Shown piece after piece: positions 9,505-18,279 of a stretch of 64,000 bases of DNA (the first letter of the stretch is position 1; each line of letters opens with the position of its first letter). The translations under genes were made by a program, and so were the position numbers. Under the pieces are notes generated by a model. That model was not told where the DNA came from. It worked only from the letters and a program-made list of their open reading frames with translations, and did no database searches. The stretch is from Anaerolineae bacterium (GTDB taxonomy: Bacteria; Chloroflexota; Anaerolineae; SpSt-313). The DNA lies in NCBI GenBank assembly GCA_034428955.1, contig DAOUGZ010000244.1, positions 1,607 to 65,606 on the forward strand, written 5' to 3'.

Positions 9505-10730
9505 TGCAGCATACCGCTGTACGCGCCCACCCGGAACGCACGGCTTGGGTGGTGGTTCTGATTGCTTTCGCCATCTTTTGTTTGCTGGTCGTGTGCGTGC
9601 CGCTGGGCGCACGCCACCTGCTCCTATACTCGACAAAAGGGCATCCGGCGACCCTGCGGACCCTCGAAGGCACGGTTGTAGTCGATAACCCCGCTACCGG
9701 CAACGAGTATTCGGTGACCAAGGATCAGACACGTACGCTGGGCGAAGGCACTGTTATCAGCCTCGACGACAATTCGCGAGCCGTGCTGGACTTTTTCGAT
9801 GGTAGTTCCCTCCATCTTCTGCCGGGCAGCCGAGTGTCGATTGAGCGCATGCAGGGGCGGCGCTTTGGTCTCGGTCTCAGTCCGAACACGATCTGGTTGC
9901 GTATCGTCAGCGGGCGTGTCAAAGTCGTCACCTCGGGCACGCCCGATGCGCCGGGCCTCGATTTCCGCCTCCGTTGCTTGCTTCTCGACACCGAGTTGGC
10001 CATCACGACGGATGGGGTGTACGGCGTCGAGGTTGAGCCTGATGGAGCGGAAGTCTTTGCGAACCGCGGCAGCGCAGTTGTCTCTGCCAACGGCAAGAGT
10101 GTTCAACTCGTCGCCTCGGAACGCGCGACCATCGAGGCCGGCCATCAGCCCATAGGGCCGCTGTTCGACGCCCGCGAGATGGTCGACAACGCCGATTTTG
10201 ACGATGGGCTGGCCGGATGGGAAGTCTACAACGATCAGGGGAACGATGGCGGCGATGTGCCCGGCATGGCCGTGCAGGTCGTGGATGGCGGGCTGCCGGC
10301 AGTCCGCTTCTTCCGCACCGGCAGCAATCGCAATCACTGCGAGACGGTTCTCTCTCAGACCATCGGCCGCGAACTCCCGGACCCGGTTTCCTCGCTGGAG
10401 GTTCGTGCCAGCTTCAAGCTGGCCAATCAGAGCCTGTCCGGCGGCGGCGTTCTCGGTTCCGAGTATCCTCTGATGATCCGGCTTCTCTATCGAGACGTGT
10501 ACGGCAGCGAGAACACGTGGGTGCAGGGATTCTACTACGAAAATCCCCTGGGCAACCCCGTCGCCTCATCGGCCAAGTGGTATCCGCGGGGCTCCTGGGA
10601 GCTGTTCGAGTCCGGCAATCTGCTGGAGACGCTGGACCCCAAGCCGTTTGAGATTATCTCAATCCAGGTCTATGCATCCGGCTGGGATTACGAGAGCATG
10701 ATCCGCTGGATCAGTGTGGCCGTCAAATAG
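9504..10730 (+). CDS. Membrane-anchored protein with FecR-like beta domain and C-terminal jelly-roll/CBM-like domain
   Basis: N-terminal TM helix (WVVVLIAFAIFCLLVVCVPLG); FecR-like segment (EGTVI.LD..S.A.L.FFDGS.L.L.PGS.V.I; L.I.SG.V.V); later NADFDDGL.GW start typical of CBM-like domains. ATG overlaps the acyP stop. Confidence 0.6.
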   Translation: MQHTAVRAHPERTAWVVVLIAFAIFCLLVVCVPLGARHLLLYSTKGHPATLRTLEGTVVVDNPATGNEYSVTKDQTRTLGEGTVISLDDNSRAVLDFFDGSSLHLLPGSRVSIERMQGRRFGLGLSPNTIWLRIVSGRVKVVTSGTPDAPGLDFRLRCLLLDTELAITTDGVYGVEVEPDGAEVFANRGSAVVSANGKSVQLVASERATIEAGHQPIGPLFDAREMVDNADFDDGLAGWEVYNDQGNDGGDVPGMAVQVVDGGLPAVRFFRTGSNRNHCETVLSQTIGRELPDPVSSLEVRASFKLANQSLSGGGVLGSEYPLMIRLLYRDVYGSENTWVQGFYYENPLGNPVASSAKWYPRGSWELFESGNLLETLDPKPFEIISIQVYASGWDYESMIRWISVAVK

Positions 10731-11265
10731 AGGCTGTACTCGCGCTCTTCAGTTGCGCATGGTAGCGCCTGCGGAGCCGGCTGAAGAACGCCAGGTGCTC
10801 TGCGGCGCAATAGTCAGGGTAGGTCCACTCTTGCGGCTGGAAGGCGCCGTGGTGAAAGGGAAGTGTCACCTCGGCATAGATGCCCTGGTCGATGTAGATG
10901 CGGTGCCAATAGCTCTTGGTGCTGGCCAGGACGAGCCCAGTCAGAGAGAGGTAGCCTGGATCCAGGTTCACCGGTCTCCGCCCTCCGACGCTCCACTCGG
11001 TCTCTAGCGCGTTCGTCTGTACTTTGATGCCGGCGAGCGCGCCTGGGTCGATGAGGCGCTCGAACGCCAGAAAGCAGCGCCAGGGGCTCTCGCCAAGCTC
11101 ACCCGCATAGTAGCTGGTATAGTCGAACGGCACGAGTGGGCTCTGCTCCTCGATGGGGCCAAAGAGCGCGTTCAGGCGCTGGGTCGTCATGGAGAGCAAC
11201 TCGCTGCGGGCCAGGAGCAGGCCCACGATCAGCTTGACCGGCTCAGGCGGGCGAGCCTTTCCCAC
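10723..11265 (-). CDS. DUF4416 family protein
   Basis: P.PVKLIVGLL, F.YT.YY..E.G, L..IK..TN.LE, R.VNLDPGY, LVLASTK...HRIY...GIYAEVTL, WTYPDY. GTG start after GGAGG. Confidence 0.85.
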   Translation of the reverse strand: MGKARPPEPVKLIVGLLLARSELLSMTTQRLNALFGPIEEQSPLVPFDYTSYYAGELGESPWRCFLAFERLIDPGALAGIKVQTNALETEWSVGGRRPVNLDPGYLSLTGLVLASTKSYWHRIYIDQGIYAEVTLPFHHGAFQPQEWTYPDYCAAEHLAFFSRLRRRYHAQLKSASTASI

Positions 11266-11281
11266 TGTTGCCTCCCCTCCC

Positions 11282-12052
11282 CTACAGACTGTACTCCAGG
11301 GCGGACTGCCCGGCTTCAGTAGAGATTGTGGCCACTACGTGGACGTAGGGCGCGATGCTCGAGTTCTCGAGCTTGCGCTTGAGCAACTCGTCGAGTTGGA
11401 ATATCCCCGCCGGATTGCTCATCAGCACTTCGACCTGGATCGGCGTGGTCTCGCCGGCGCTGAGGTTCACATGCTCAATGGCCGCTGCGGAGACGGCATG
11501 GATGTTGATGGCCCCCGCCTCGAAAGGTATCCGTGACCGTCCCTTGCTCATGTCCAGTGCATCGGCTACCTTGACAATGCCCGCCTCAATGGTGAGGCAG
11601 GGAACATCGACGTCGTGAGCGACTACGGCGTGCAGAGTCTCGGCCAACACGATGGCGGCTTGCGGGGGAGGATAGACCTGCGGCAGCCACTCTCGCAGCT
11701 TGGCCATGGCCAGCGGCACACTATAGGCCTCATGGTTCTCGCGATGGACGGCCATGCCGATGTCGTGGAGGCACGAGGCCAACACTACGATAACCTCGGC
11801 ATCGTCTGTGGTCAGCCCATAGTTCTTGACCACGCTCATCTCCACCCCGGCCTGATTCAGCAGGCGGAGCAGCCTGAGCGCAATGTTGGACACGATGCGT
11901 ATATGCACTTGGCCGTGGTCGCTCATGCCCAGGCGATCCACGGCGTTGATGTTGGCGCTCTTCCAGAGTTGGTGCAACTCGGCGTCGTTGTTAATCAGCT
12001 CGACAATGCGCTGCAGAGTGGGGTTGTGGCGAGTGGGAATGGTTATTGGCAC
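11282..12052 (-). CDS. HD-domain phosphohydrolase
   Basis: SDHG.VH..IV, LHDIG...HR..H, HAVVAHD, VKVADALDM.KGRSRIP. Confidence 0.85.
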   Translation of the reverse strand: MPITIPTRHNPTLQRIVELINNDAELHQLWKSANINAVDRLGMSDHGQVHIRIVSNIALRLLRLLNQAGVEMSVVKNYGLTTDDAEVIVVLASCLHDIGMAVHRENHEAYSVPLAMAKLREWLPQVYPPPQAAIVLAETLHAVVAHDVDVPCLTIEAGIVKVADALDMSKGRSRIPFEAGAINIHAVSAAAIEHVNLSAGETTPIQVEVLMSNPAGIFQLDELLKRKLENSSIAPYVHVVATISTEAGQSALEYSL

Positions 12053-12088
12053 CGATCTTGGACTCCTTATCTCTGTGTGACCGGAGCC

Positions 12089-12151
12089 ATTATACCGCCT
12101 AATAGGTTGAGGCTCAAGTGAGTCCGATGTGCAAAGCTCACTTGAGCCTCA
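12089..12151 (-). promoter_or_regulatory. Promoter of HD gene overlapped by a perfect 15-bp inverted repeat (possible radC terminator or operator)
   Basis: Minus strand TTGAGC (12117-12112), 17 nt, TATAAT (12094-12089). Arms TGAGGCTCAAGTGAG (12108-12122) and CTCACTTGAGCCTCA (12137-12151). Confidence 0.55.
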
Positions 12152-12175
12152 GCATGCGGAGCGAGCGCCGGCTGC

Positions 12176-12886
12176 TCACCCGAAGCCCAGCCCTCGCTCT
12201 TTCAGGCTGACGTATTGCTGGCGGCCGATGATGAGATGGTCCAGGACGTCGATATCGAGGAGTCTGCCGGCCGCGACGATGGACTCGGTTACCCGGATGT
12301 CCTCCGGCGATGGTGTAGGGTCGCCGCTAGGATGGTTGTGCACGACGATCAGTTGAGGTGAGTTGGTCCGTACGGCCTCGCGAAAGACCTCCGCGATGCG
12401 TACCAGTGCCGTGTTGACATTGCCCACATAGATAGTGCTGATGGCGACGACCGAGTTGCGCGTATCCAGCAGGATGACGCGCAGGTTCTCCTGGTCGAGG
12501 AAGGCCATCTCGAGCAGGACCAGATTGGCCGCATCGGCGGGGGAGCGCACTTGCGGGCGGTCTTCGGGGGAGGCGATGAGCAAACGGCGGCCCAGTTCGA
12601 GAGCGGCCTTGAGCTGGCATGCCTTGGCCAGGCCCAGCCCTCTCTCGTTGCAGATTTCGGCAACGCTGGCCTTGGCCAGCCCACCGAGGCCGCCAAAGCG
12701 CGCCAGTAGGCTTGTTGCCAGGTTCAGCACGTTCTGGCCGCCAATACCGGTGCGCAGGATGATGGCCAAAAGCTCGGCGGTGGAAAGAGCACCCGGCCCA
12801 TAGCTCTGCAGCCGCTCGCGAGGTCTGTCGCTGCTGGGGAGCTCCTTGATTGTGGGCCGGTACTCGACGAGGGCAGCGGAGTCCAT
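12176..12886 (-). CDS. radC: RadC/JAB-domain protein
   Basis: RPRERL...[15 protein letters not shown], HhH region, [23 protein letters not shown]. Confidence 0.95.
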   Translation of the reverse strand: MDSAALVEYRPTIKELPSSDRPRERLQSYGPGALSTAELLAIILRTGIGGQNVLNLATSLLARFGGLGGLAKASVAEICNERGLGLAKACQLKAALELGRRLLIASPEDRPQVRSPADAANLVLLEMAFLDQENLRVILLDTRNSVVAISTIYVGNVNTALVRIAEVFREAVRTNSPQLIVVHNHPSGDPTPSPEDIRVTESIVAAGRLLDIDVLDHLIIGRQQYVSLKERGLGFG

Positions 12887-12993
12887 GGGGCACCTCCTGG
12901 CCTTTCCCCTGGCGCAGGCCGGCTTGGCTGTGCTCTATGCGCCTGCGCCTCGCCTGATGCAGACTGTGTGCTATGGCATCTCCTGGCGGGTGT

Positions 12994-13581
12994 CTATGGT
13001 GAAGCTCTTCGCCACGCAGCCGGCCCGGCCTCTGGGGTCTGCGTTGACTCGGGGTGGCCGTGCTCATCGGTGGTGGCTGTCGGTGTCGCTGTGACGGTCG
13101 GCGCGACAGTGTCAGTCGCCGTCGGGGTTGCGCTTGGTTCTGGTGTAGCCGATGGCGTGGGCGTTTCCGTCTCGGTGGGCGGGGGGCTCGGCGTCGGCGT
13201 TTCGGTTGCTGGGGCCTCTGTCACCGTGGGCGATACATCGCCCGTCTCTTCCCCTGGTGGGGTCTCTGTCAGTGTGGACGTAGGCTTGGCTGTCGGGAAG
13301 ACAAGGGTCATCTGAGTTGGTGTTGGGTCAAGCGTTTGCTCGGGGAGCTGAATGACTGGGACTGGGGTAGGCGTCCTGGGTACGATCGTTGCGGTGGGCG
13401 ACTCGGTGGCGGTCACCGTGGGGGCTGTGAGCAACTGCCGCTTGAGGTAGACGCCACCAAAGCCCAGGCAATACAGGGATGATGCTCCCAAGACGATCAA
13501 CACCACAAGCGCACGGCGCACCCGCGTGGGCGTCCAGCGTGAGGGTGGGTTAGGGTGGGCAGTCGGTTGCATATCCTCCAA
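12994..13581 (-). CDS. Hypothetical membrane-anchored Pro/Thr-rich protein
   Basis: One TM helix (ALVVLIVLGASSLYCLGFGGVYL) followed by ~130 aa of low-complexity PT/TATP repeats; RBS-like GGAG. Alternative ATG 13572. Confidence 0.7.
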   Translation of the reverse strand: MEDMQPTAHPNPPSRWTPTRVRRALVVLIVLGASSLYCLGFGGVYLKRQLLTAPTVTATESPTATIVPRTPTPVPVIQLPEQTLDPTPTQMTLVFPTAKPTSTLTETPPGEETGDVSPTVTEAPATETPTPSPPPTETETPTPSATPEPSATPTATDTVAPTVTATPTATTDEHGHPESTQTPEAGPAAWRRASP

Positions 13582-13774
13582 GGGTCTCCCTGTCTCGGTC
13601 GCCAGAAGGCCGTCCTGTCGGGCCTCCTGGAAGCCAATGCCTTCCGCAGGCCGTCAGGTCTCCCCCACTTGCCGGTGCTCCAATCGCCCACGATCCGCCC
13701 GAAGCGGTCACTCCTCGATTGGTAGCCTGCCGCAGCGGCCGCTGGCGTGCCGGCGCGGATGCGATAGTGTCGCT

Positions 13775-13802
13775 ATTCTACCACAGGCCCATCCCTAGTC
13801 AA
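13775..13802 (-). promoter_or_regulatory. sigma70-type promoter with extended -10, ~190 nt upstream of the Pro/Thr-rich gene
   Basis: TTGACT (13802-13797), 16 nt, TG-G-TAGAAT (13780-13775). Confidence 0.7.
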
Positions 13803-13886
13803 ACACACTTGCCGCTCGCGGAGGGCTCACGCCGCACACAGCTCAGGAACCGGCGGGGTAGAGCGCTGCGCCCTCTGCTGCCTGGG

Positions 13887-14594
13887 TCACTTTGTCGATG
13901 ACGAGCCCGGTTTGCAGAGCATGTAGCCCGCCCCGCGCTTGGTGCTGATCCGTTGCGGCTCGGCCGGGTTGTCCTCGATCTTGCTACGCAGGTAGCAGAT
14001 GTAGAGGTGGATGTAGGACTCCATGTTGCCAAAGTCGGGGCCCCAGGCCCGCCGCAAAAGCTCGCGGTAGGTCACGACCTGCCCGGCGTTCTGGGCGAGG
14101 ATGGCCAGTACGCGGTACTCCTGCGGGGTGAGGTCAACGGGCTCGCCGCGCAGAAAGACCCGCGATGTCGCGAAATCGACGAACAACTCGCCATCGTCAT
14201 AGCTTGCGGCATGGAAGGCGGGGCGCCCGCCTTCAGCCCGGCGCAGCAGTGCATCCACCCGCGCCCGCAACTCGGCGATCCGCACTGGCTTTTGCAGGTA
14301 ATCGTCACCGCCAAGCATGAGGCCCTTGACAATGTTCTCCTCACCCTCTTTGGCCGTTAAAAAGATCAGTGGAATGTTGGTGAACTCGCGCAGTCGCCGG
14401 CAGACCTCCCAGCCGTCCATCTCGGGCATCATCACATCCAAGAAGATCAGGTCAGGATGGAAGGCTAGCGCCTGCTGCAAACCGTCCCGGCCCGAGTGAG
14501 CCGTCACGAGTTCGTACTCGTCAGACAGGAACGCCTGCTTTAACGCTTCCAGGAAGGACTGGTCATCGTCTATAACGAGGATCTTGCGGCGCAC
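13887..14594 (-). CDS. OmpR/PhoB-family response regulator (no adjacent kinase)
   Basis: KILVIDDD, PDLIFLDVMMPEMDGWEVC, PLIFLTAK, GGDDYLQKP, winged helix (LTPQEY.VL..L, WG, LRSKIE..P..P..I.T.RG.GY). GTG start after AAGGAG. Confidence 0.92.
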   Translation of the reverse strand: MRRKILVIDDDQSFLEALKQAFLSDEYELVTAHSGRDGLQQALAFHPDLIFLDVMMPEMDGWEVCRRLREFTNIPLIFLTAKEGEENIVKGLMLGGDDYLQKPVRIAELRARVDALLRRAEGGRPAFHAASYDDGELFVDFATSRVFLRGEPVDLTPQEYRVLAILAQNAGQVVTYRELLRRAWGPDFGNMESYIHLYICYLRSKIEDNPAEPQRISTKRGAGYMLCKPGSSSTK

Positions 14595-14712
14595 CGCCAG
14601 TTTCGCTCCTTTCCGGACCACGTAGGGGCGAGTGTGCAACGAAGGGCTGCAATCAGTGGTACCGTCTTGGCCATCAGGCAGCCAATGCCTCAATTCTCCT
14701 CACTGCCAGGAG

Positions 14713-15522
14713 CTACCCCTGGCAGTGAGGGCAAAAGCAACTGCTTCGCCCTCCCAACCGTGCGCGTGCGATCTCGGTGCCACAGCGTGGGCAAGGCTCT
14801 CCGGCCCGGCCATAGACACACAAATGACTCTGGTGCTCGCCTGGGCGGCCACCGGCGTCGCGATAATCGCTCAGTGTTGTGCCCCGATTGCGGATGCCTC
14901 GCGCCAGCTCTGAGCGGATGGCCGCATGGAGCGACTCAACTTCGGCTGGGGCGAGAGAACCGGCCTCGCGGGAGGGCAGGATGCCGGCGACGAAGAGCGC
15001 CTCGTCCGCATAGATGTTGCCGATTCCGGCTACGACCTGCTGGTTCAGCAGCAGCGGTTTGATGGCTCCGCGCCTGCCCCGCAGCGATTCTGCTAGTGCT
15101 TGCACGGTGAACGAACTCCCTAGCGGCTCAGGGCCTAGCTTGCCCACGATCTGAGCCGCATCTCGCACCAGGTACATGCGGCCAAACTTGCGTGTATCGA
15201 CGAACAGCAGGCGACTGTCCGACAGCTCCAGCGCTACGCGCAGGTGCTCGTGGCCGGCCTCCTTGCTCAGCGGCACCACTAATAGCTGGCCGGTCATCCT
15301 GAGGTGGACGACTAGACTGTCCTGATCCAGGCGCAGGATGATATACTTGCCGCGCCGATCGGCGCCCAGGATGCGCTGCCCGGCCAAACGAGCAGCGAAC
15401 TCGGCAGGCGCCGGCGTGGCGACCGTGCGCTCCCAAAATACCTCCACTCCGCCTATCGCCTGCCCCAGCAGTAGCTGGCGGAGGTCGCGCACAACCGTTT
15501 CAACTTCGGGCAACTCGGGCAC
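14713..15522 (-). CDS. mutM: Formamidopyrimidine-DNA glycosylase
   Basis: PELPEVE, RRGKY, HLRMTG, D.RKFG, GIGNIYADE, C-terminal CPRC...CPHCQ zinc finger. Confidence 0.97.
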   Translation of the reverse strand: MPELPEVETVVRDLRQLLLGQAIGGVEVFWERTVATPAPAEFAARLAGQRILGADRRGKYIILRLDQDSLVVHLRMTGQLLVVPLSKEAGHEHLRVALELSDSRLLFVDTRKFGRMYLVRDAAQIVGKLGPEPLGSSFTVQALAESLRGRRGAIKPLLLNQQVVAGIGNIYADEALFVAGILPSREAGSLAPAEVESLHAAIRSELARGIRNRGTTLSDYRDAGGRPGEHQSHLCVYGRAGEPCPRCGTEIARARLGGRSSCFCPHCQG

Positions 15523-15534
15523 TCGTGCTCCGTT

Positions 15535-16764
15535 CTAGCTCTTCCTGGCACGCCGCCCGCTATAGACAGCCGCCAAGCCCAGAGCGCCGATAGCACCGGC
15601 GCCCGGGCACACACCTCTCGACGAGCGAGTGTCTGCCGCCGCTGTGGGCGTGATCGGAGCCGGCGTGGCACGAGCGGCCAGCCCGAGGCTCTCGCGCCAA
15701 CGAGCATCCAACTCGTCGAGCGTGAGTCCGTAGACTCGCTGCAGCGCATCCTCCTGGCTGGCGCCCTCCTTGAACACGCTCAGCAACTCGCTCATCTTTT
15801 CTCGTCCAAAGGTTGTCAACAGATAGTCAACCAGGCTGTAAGCCTCTCCATAGTACAGGTCGACCTGGCTCGCATCGCCGGTATAGCCAGAAAGCGAGCG
15901 AACCGAAATGAGGGCGTCGCGCTCGATTGCGCTCCGCAAGGCCAGTTCGTTGCCCGCCGGCAGCGCGCCCTCTGCATGCATAGCCAGGCCCTCATCGAGC
16001 CAGCGGGGCAGGGGCGTATAGGGATTCTCGGTGGCCAGGCCGATGACAATGTGGCTCAACTCATGTGCCAGGGTCTGCCGGGCATCGGCATGGCTGCCGA
16101 GAAGCAAGAGTGTGTCGTCGGCCACGGCTACCCCCAACGTTAGGACGCGATCGTCATAGCCCTCGCTACGTCGCATGAGAGCGCCTGCCATATCCGCGGC
16201 GCTCTGGTAGACATAAACTCGTACCGGCTTGTCGAGTGTGATGCCCGCCTCGCTCTGCAGCCGAGCCAAGGCTTCTTGCCCGGCTGCAGCCAGCTCCTGT
16301 GGCAGGGTTGTGCCCGCGATGTCTCCATAGTAGAGTATGTCGATGTCCCCCGCCTCGAGCAGTTGCCAGGCGAAGCGGTCATCGTCATACACAAAGTGGG
16401 CGAGTACTGTATCTACCTGCCGGCCGTCTGCCAGGCTCAAACGCCAGTAGTACTCCATGGCCGTGCCGGGAGCGATATCTCCCGGCTCGAGCTGCTCCTC
16501 ATAGGTCACTTCGACGCGCCGCCCCGGAGCAAAGTCGGGTACCACCCTGGTCGTGAGCCGTTGGTCCTGGTAGCGATAGTAGAGGGTCACGCCTTCGATG
16601 GTTTCGTCGGCCTCGGCTATCAGGCTAAAGGCTAGCCTCTCCGAGAACGTCACGTCGCAGCGGCTCTCCACGACGCGCACCTCTGATTGGCCGTGGACGG
16701 CTGTGGTGTTTAGCAGGAATAAGGCACAAAGGCAGATTGTTACCCAGAGGTGCTTCTTTGGCAT
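15535..16764 (-). CDS. Secreted peptidase MA-like zinc metalloprotease with C-terminal membrane tail
   Basis: Signal peptide (MPKKHLWVTICLCALFLLNTTAVHG), Ig-like N-domain, HELSH + PRWLDEGLA, Y.EAYSLV.YL, tail CPG-hydrophobic-RRARKS. Confidence 0.8.
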   Translation of the reverse strand: MPKKHLWVTICLCALFLLNTTAVHGQSEVRVVESRCDVTFSERLAFSLIAEADETIEGVTLYYRYQDQRLTTRVVPDFAPGRRVEVTYEEQLEPGDIAPGTAMEYYWRLSLADGRQVDTVLAHFVYDDDRFAWQLLEAGDIDILYYGDIAGTTLPQELAAAGQEALARLQSEAGITLDKPVRVYVYQSAADMAGALMRRSEGYDDRVLTLGVAVADDTLLLLGSHADARQTLAHELSHIVIGLATENPYTPLPRWLDEGLAMHAEGALPAGNELALRSAIERDALISVRSLSGYTGDASQVDLYYGEAYSLVDYLLTTFGREKMSELLSVFKEGASQEDALQRVYGLTLDELDARWRESLGLAARATPAPITPTAAADTRSSRGVCPGAGAIGALGLAAVYSGRRARKS

Positions 16765-16779
16765 GAGCCCAGCTCCACG

Positions 16780-16983
16780 CTATAAGACCGCCGGCAGGTC
16801 TTCTACTGCCGTGTGCCGGTAGCGATCACCTTCCTCCACGAGCATCTGAGGGATGTCGTCGCGAATGGGGTACTTGCGCCCGCACTCGTCATTCTGGCAG
16901 ACGAGCCAGCCCCCGTGGACCAACTCTACCTTGGTCCGGCAGGCGGGGCAGGCCAGAATGTCCAGTAGCCACTTCTCAACCAT
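16780..16983 (-). CDS. Trm112-like protein
   Basis: LLDILACPAC...L.C....C...YPIRDDIP.ML; RBS AAGGAG. Confidence 0.9.
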   Translation of the reverse strand: MVEKWLLDILACPACRTKVELVHGGWLVCQNDECGRKYPIRDDIPQMLVEEGDRYRHTAVEDLPAVL

Positions 16984-17038
16984 GTCTTCGGCTCCTTCAC
17001 CCGGCAGAGATCACTGATACTGTAATGCACGTAAAGAG

Positions 17039-17067
17039 ATTCTACCACGGTTATCGGGCCTGCGCAA
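17039..17067 (-). promoter_or_regulatory. sigma70-type promoter for the trm112-peptidase-mutM-regulator run
   Basis: TTGCGC (17067-17062), 17 nt, TG-G-TAGAAT (17044-17039). Confidence 0.6.
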
Positions 17068-17144
17068 GGCTGTTGGGATATGTGGGTGGGGGCACAATGC
17101 TGTGCCGAGTCCACGCTCTTTGGGCTGCTGCAGCGGGGGAAGGC

Positions 17145-17177
17145 AATAAAGAGGGCCGAGGCTCAAGCCTCGGCCCT
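17145..17177 (-). terminator. Intrinsic terminator after the LPxTG gene (end of tad transcript)
   Basis: 11-bp stem AGGGCCGAGGC/GCCTCGGCCCT (17152-17162/17167-17177), 4-nt loop, CTTTATT tail on the minus strand. Confidence 0.75.
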
Positions 17178-17199
17178 GATGAGGGGCAGTGAGGTGTCT

Positions 17200-17760
17200 C
17201 TACTCTTGGCGCCGTAGCCAGCGAGCTGCGCCTGCTAGGCCGGCCAGCAGGAGGCCGAGCACGGGAGTGGCGAGGCCAAGCCCGGTCTGAGGCAGTTCGC
17301 CGGATTCTCCACTGTTCTCTTCGTCGCCGGCTATGGTTGCTTGCGGCACCGGCGACGCGCCGGACGTGGGCGCGGCTGTAGCGAACGTGTTCCCGGGTCG
17401 GGTTTCGGTAGGCAGTGTCGTTGTCGTGGCCTCGGGCTCCGGAGCCGGGTCTGCGAGCTCATCGGGCCCTGCTGTGGGCGTGGGCATGGGGCCCGGCGTG
17501 TATGGGATTGCGGTAGCGGCGACGATGACCACCGGCGTTCGCGTCGATGTGGGCGCCGGCGTGAACGTCATCGTCTCGCTGACTGCGGCTGTCGTGGGCT
17601 CCGGGGTCGCCATGGCTGTCTGATCGTCTGGGGCGGCCCGCCCGTTGAAGAGCTGGAAGGCGAAATGGATGAATAGGCCGGTACCGACCAGCAGAACGAC
17701 GGTGAGCACGCCGATGATCGCGATGGTGCCGGTGTTTCTCTTGGCTGGTGAGGTCGTCAA
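17200..17760 (-). CDS. Pro/Thr-rich surface protein with N-terminal TM helix and C-terminal LPQTG sorting signal
   Basis: N-terminal hydrophobic helix; PT-rich spacer; ends ELPQTG-LGLATPVLGLLLAGLAGAA-RWLRRQE. Confidence 0.75.
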   Translation of the reverse strand: MTTSPAKRNTGTIAIIGVLTVVLLVGTGLFIHFAFQLFNGRAAPDDQTAMATPEPTTAAVSETMTFTPAPTSTRTPVVIVAATAIPYTPGPMPTPTAGPDELADPAPEPEATTTTLPTETRPGNTFATAAPTSGASPVPQATIAGDEENSGESGELPQTGLGLATPVLGLLLAGLAGAARWLRRQE

Positions 17761-17846
17761 AGCTTGCCCTCCGGTGTGAACGACGGCCCAAAGGTGTGCC
17801 TACGAGAAAAAGCCCGCTGTGGGGCCCGTTGGAGTGCTGCCGCATC

Positions 17847-18230
17847 TCACTTTTCTGGGATGTCGGCATCACCCTCCGGGTTCACGAGTTCCAGCACATC
17901 GCCGCATTCCGTTTGGCTGGCCGCCACTGCACCCCTCGGTAACTCTACAACGTAGCGCGCCGACCCGACGATAGGCCCGATGCGCCAAGGGGCTATAGCC
18001 TGAGTCGCCCGCACGATGCGGTTCCCTTCGTCGACAAACAGAACCTCAATGGGAAAAGACATGAAAAAGGTGTGTATGCTGCTGCACGGACGTATGATCA
18101 AGGCTTCGCCGGCGTGCAGTGTGCGTCGGCCGATGAGGCCGCGCAGCCGCATAAAGTAGTTGTCTGCCAGGCCCGCCTTCCCGGCAACGATTGTGCCGCG
18201 AGTCAGGTTGCGCACCTGTAGGTGCTTCAT
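17847..18230 (-). CDS. DUF192 family protein
   Basis: LADNYF.RLRGL.GR..L..GE.L.I.PC.SIHTFFM.FPI.V.F.D, YVVELP.G. Confidence 0.9.
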   Translation of the reverse strand: MKHLQVRNLTRGTIVAGKAGLADNYFMRLRGLIGRRTLHAGEALIIRPCSSIHTFFMSFPIEVLFVDEGNRIVRATQAIAPWRIGPIVGSARYVVELPRGAVAASQTECGDVLELVNPEGDADIPEK

Positions 18231-18279
18231 GTGATTCCCTTCAACTCCCTTCTGCGATTCTGGAGCGGTCAGCTACGGC

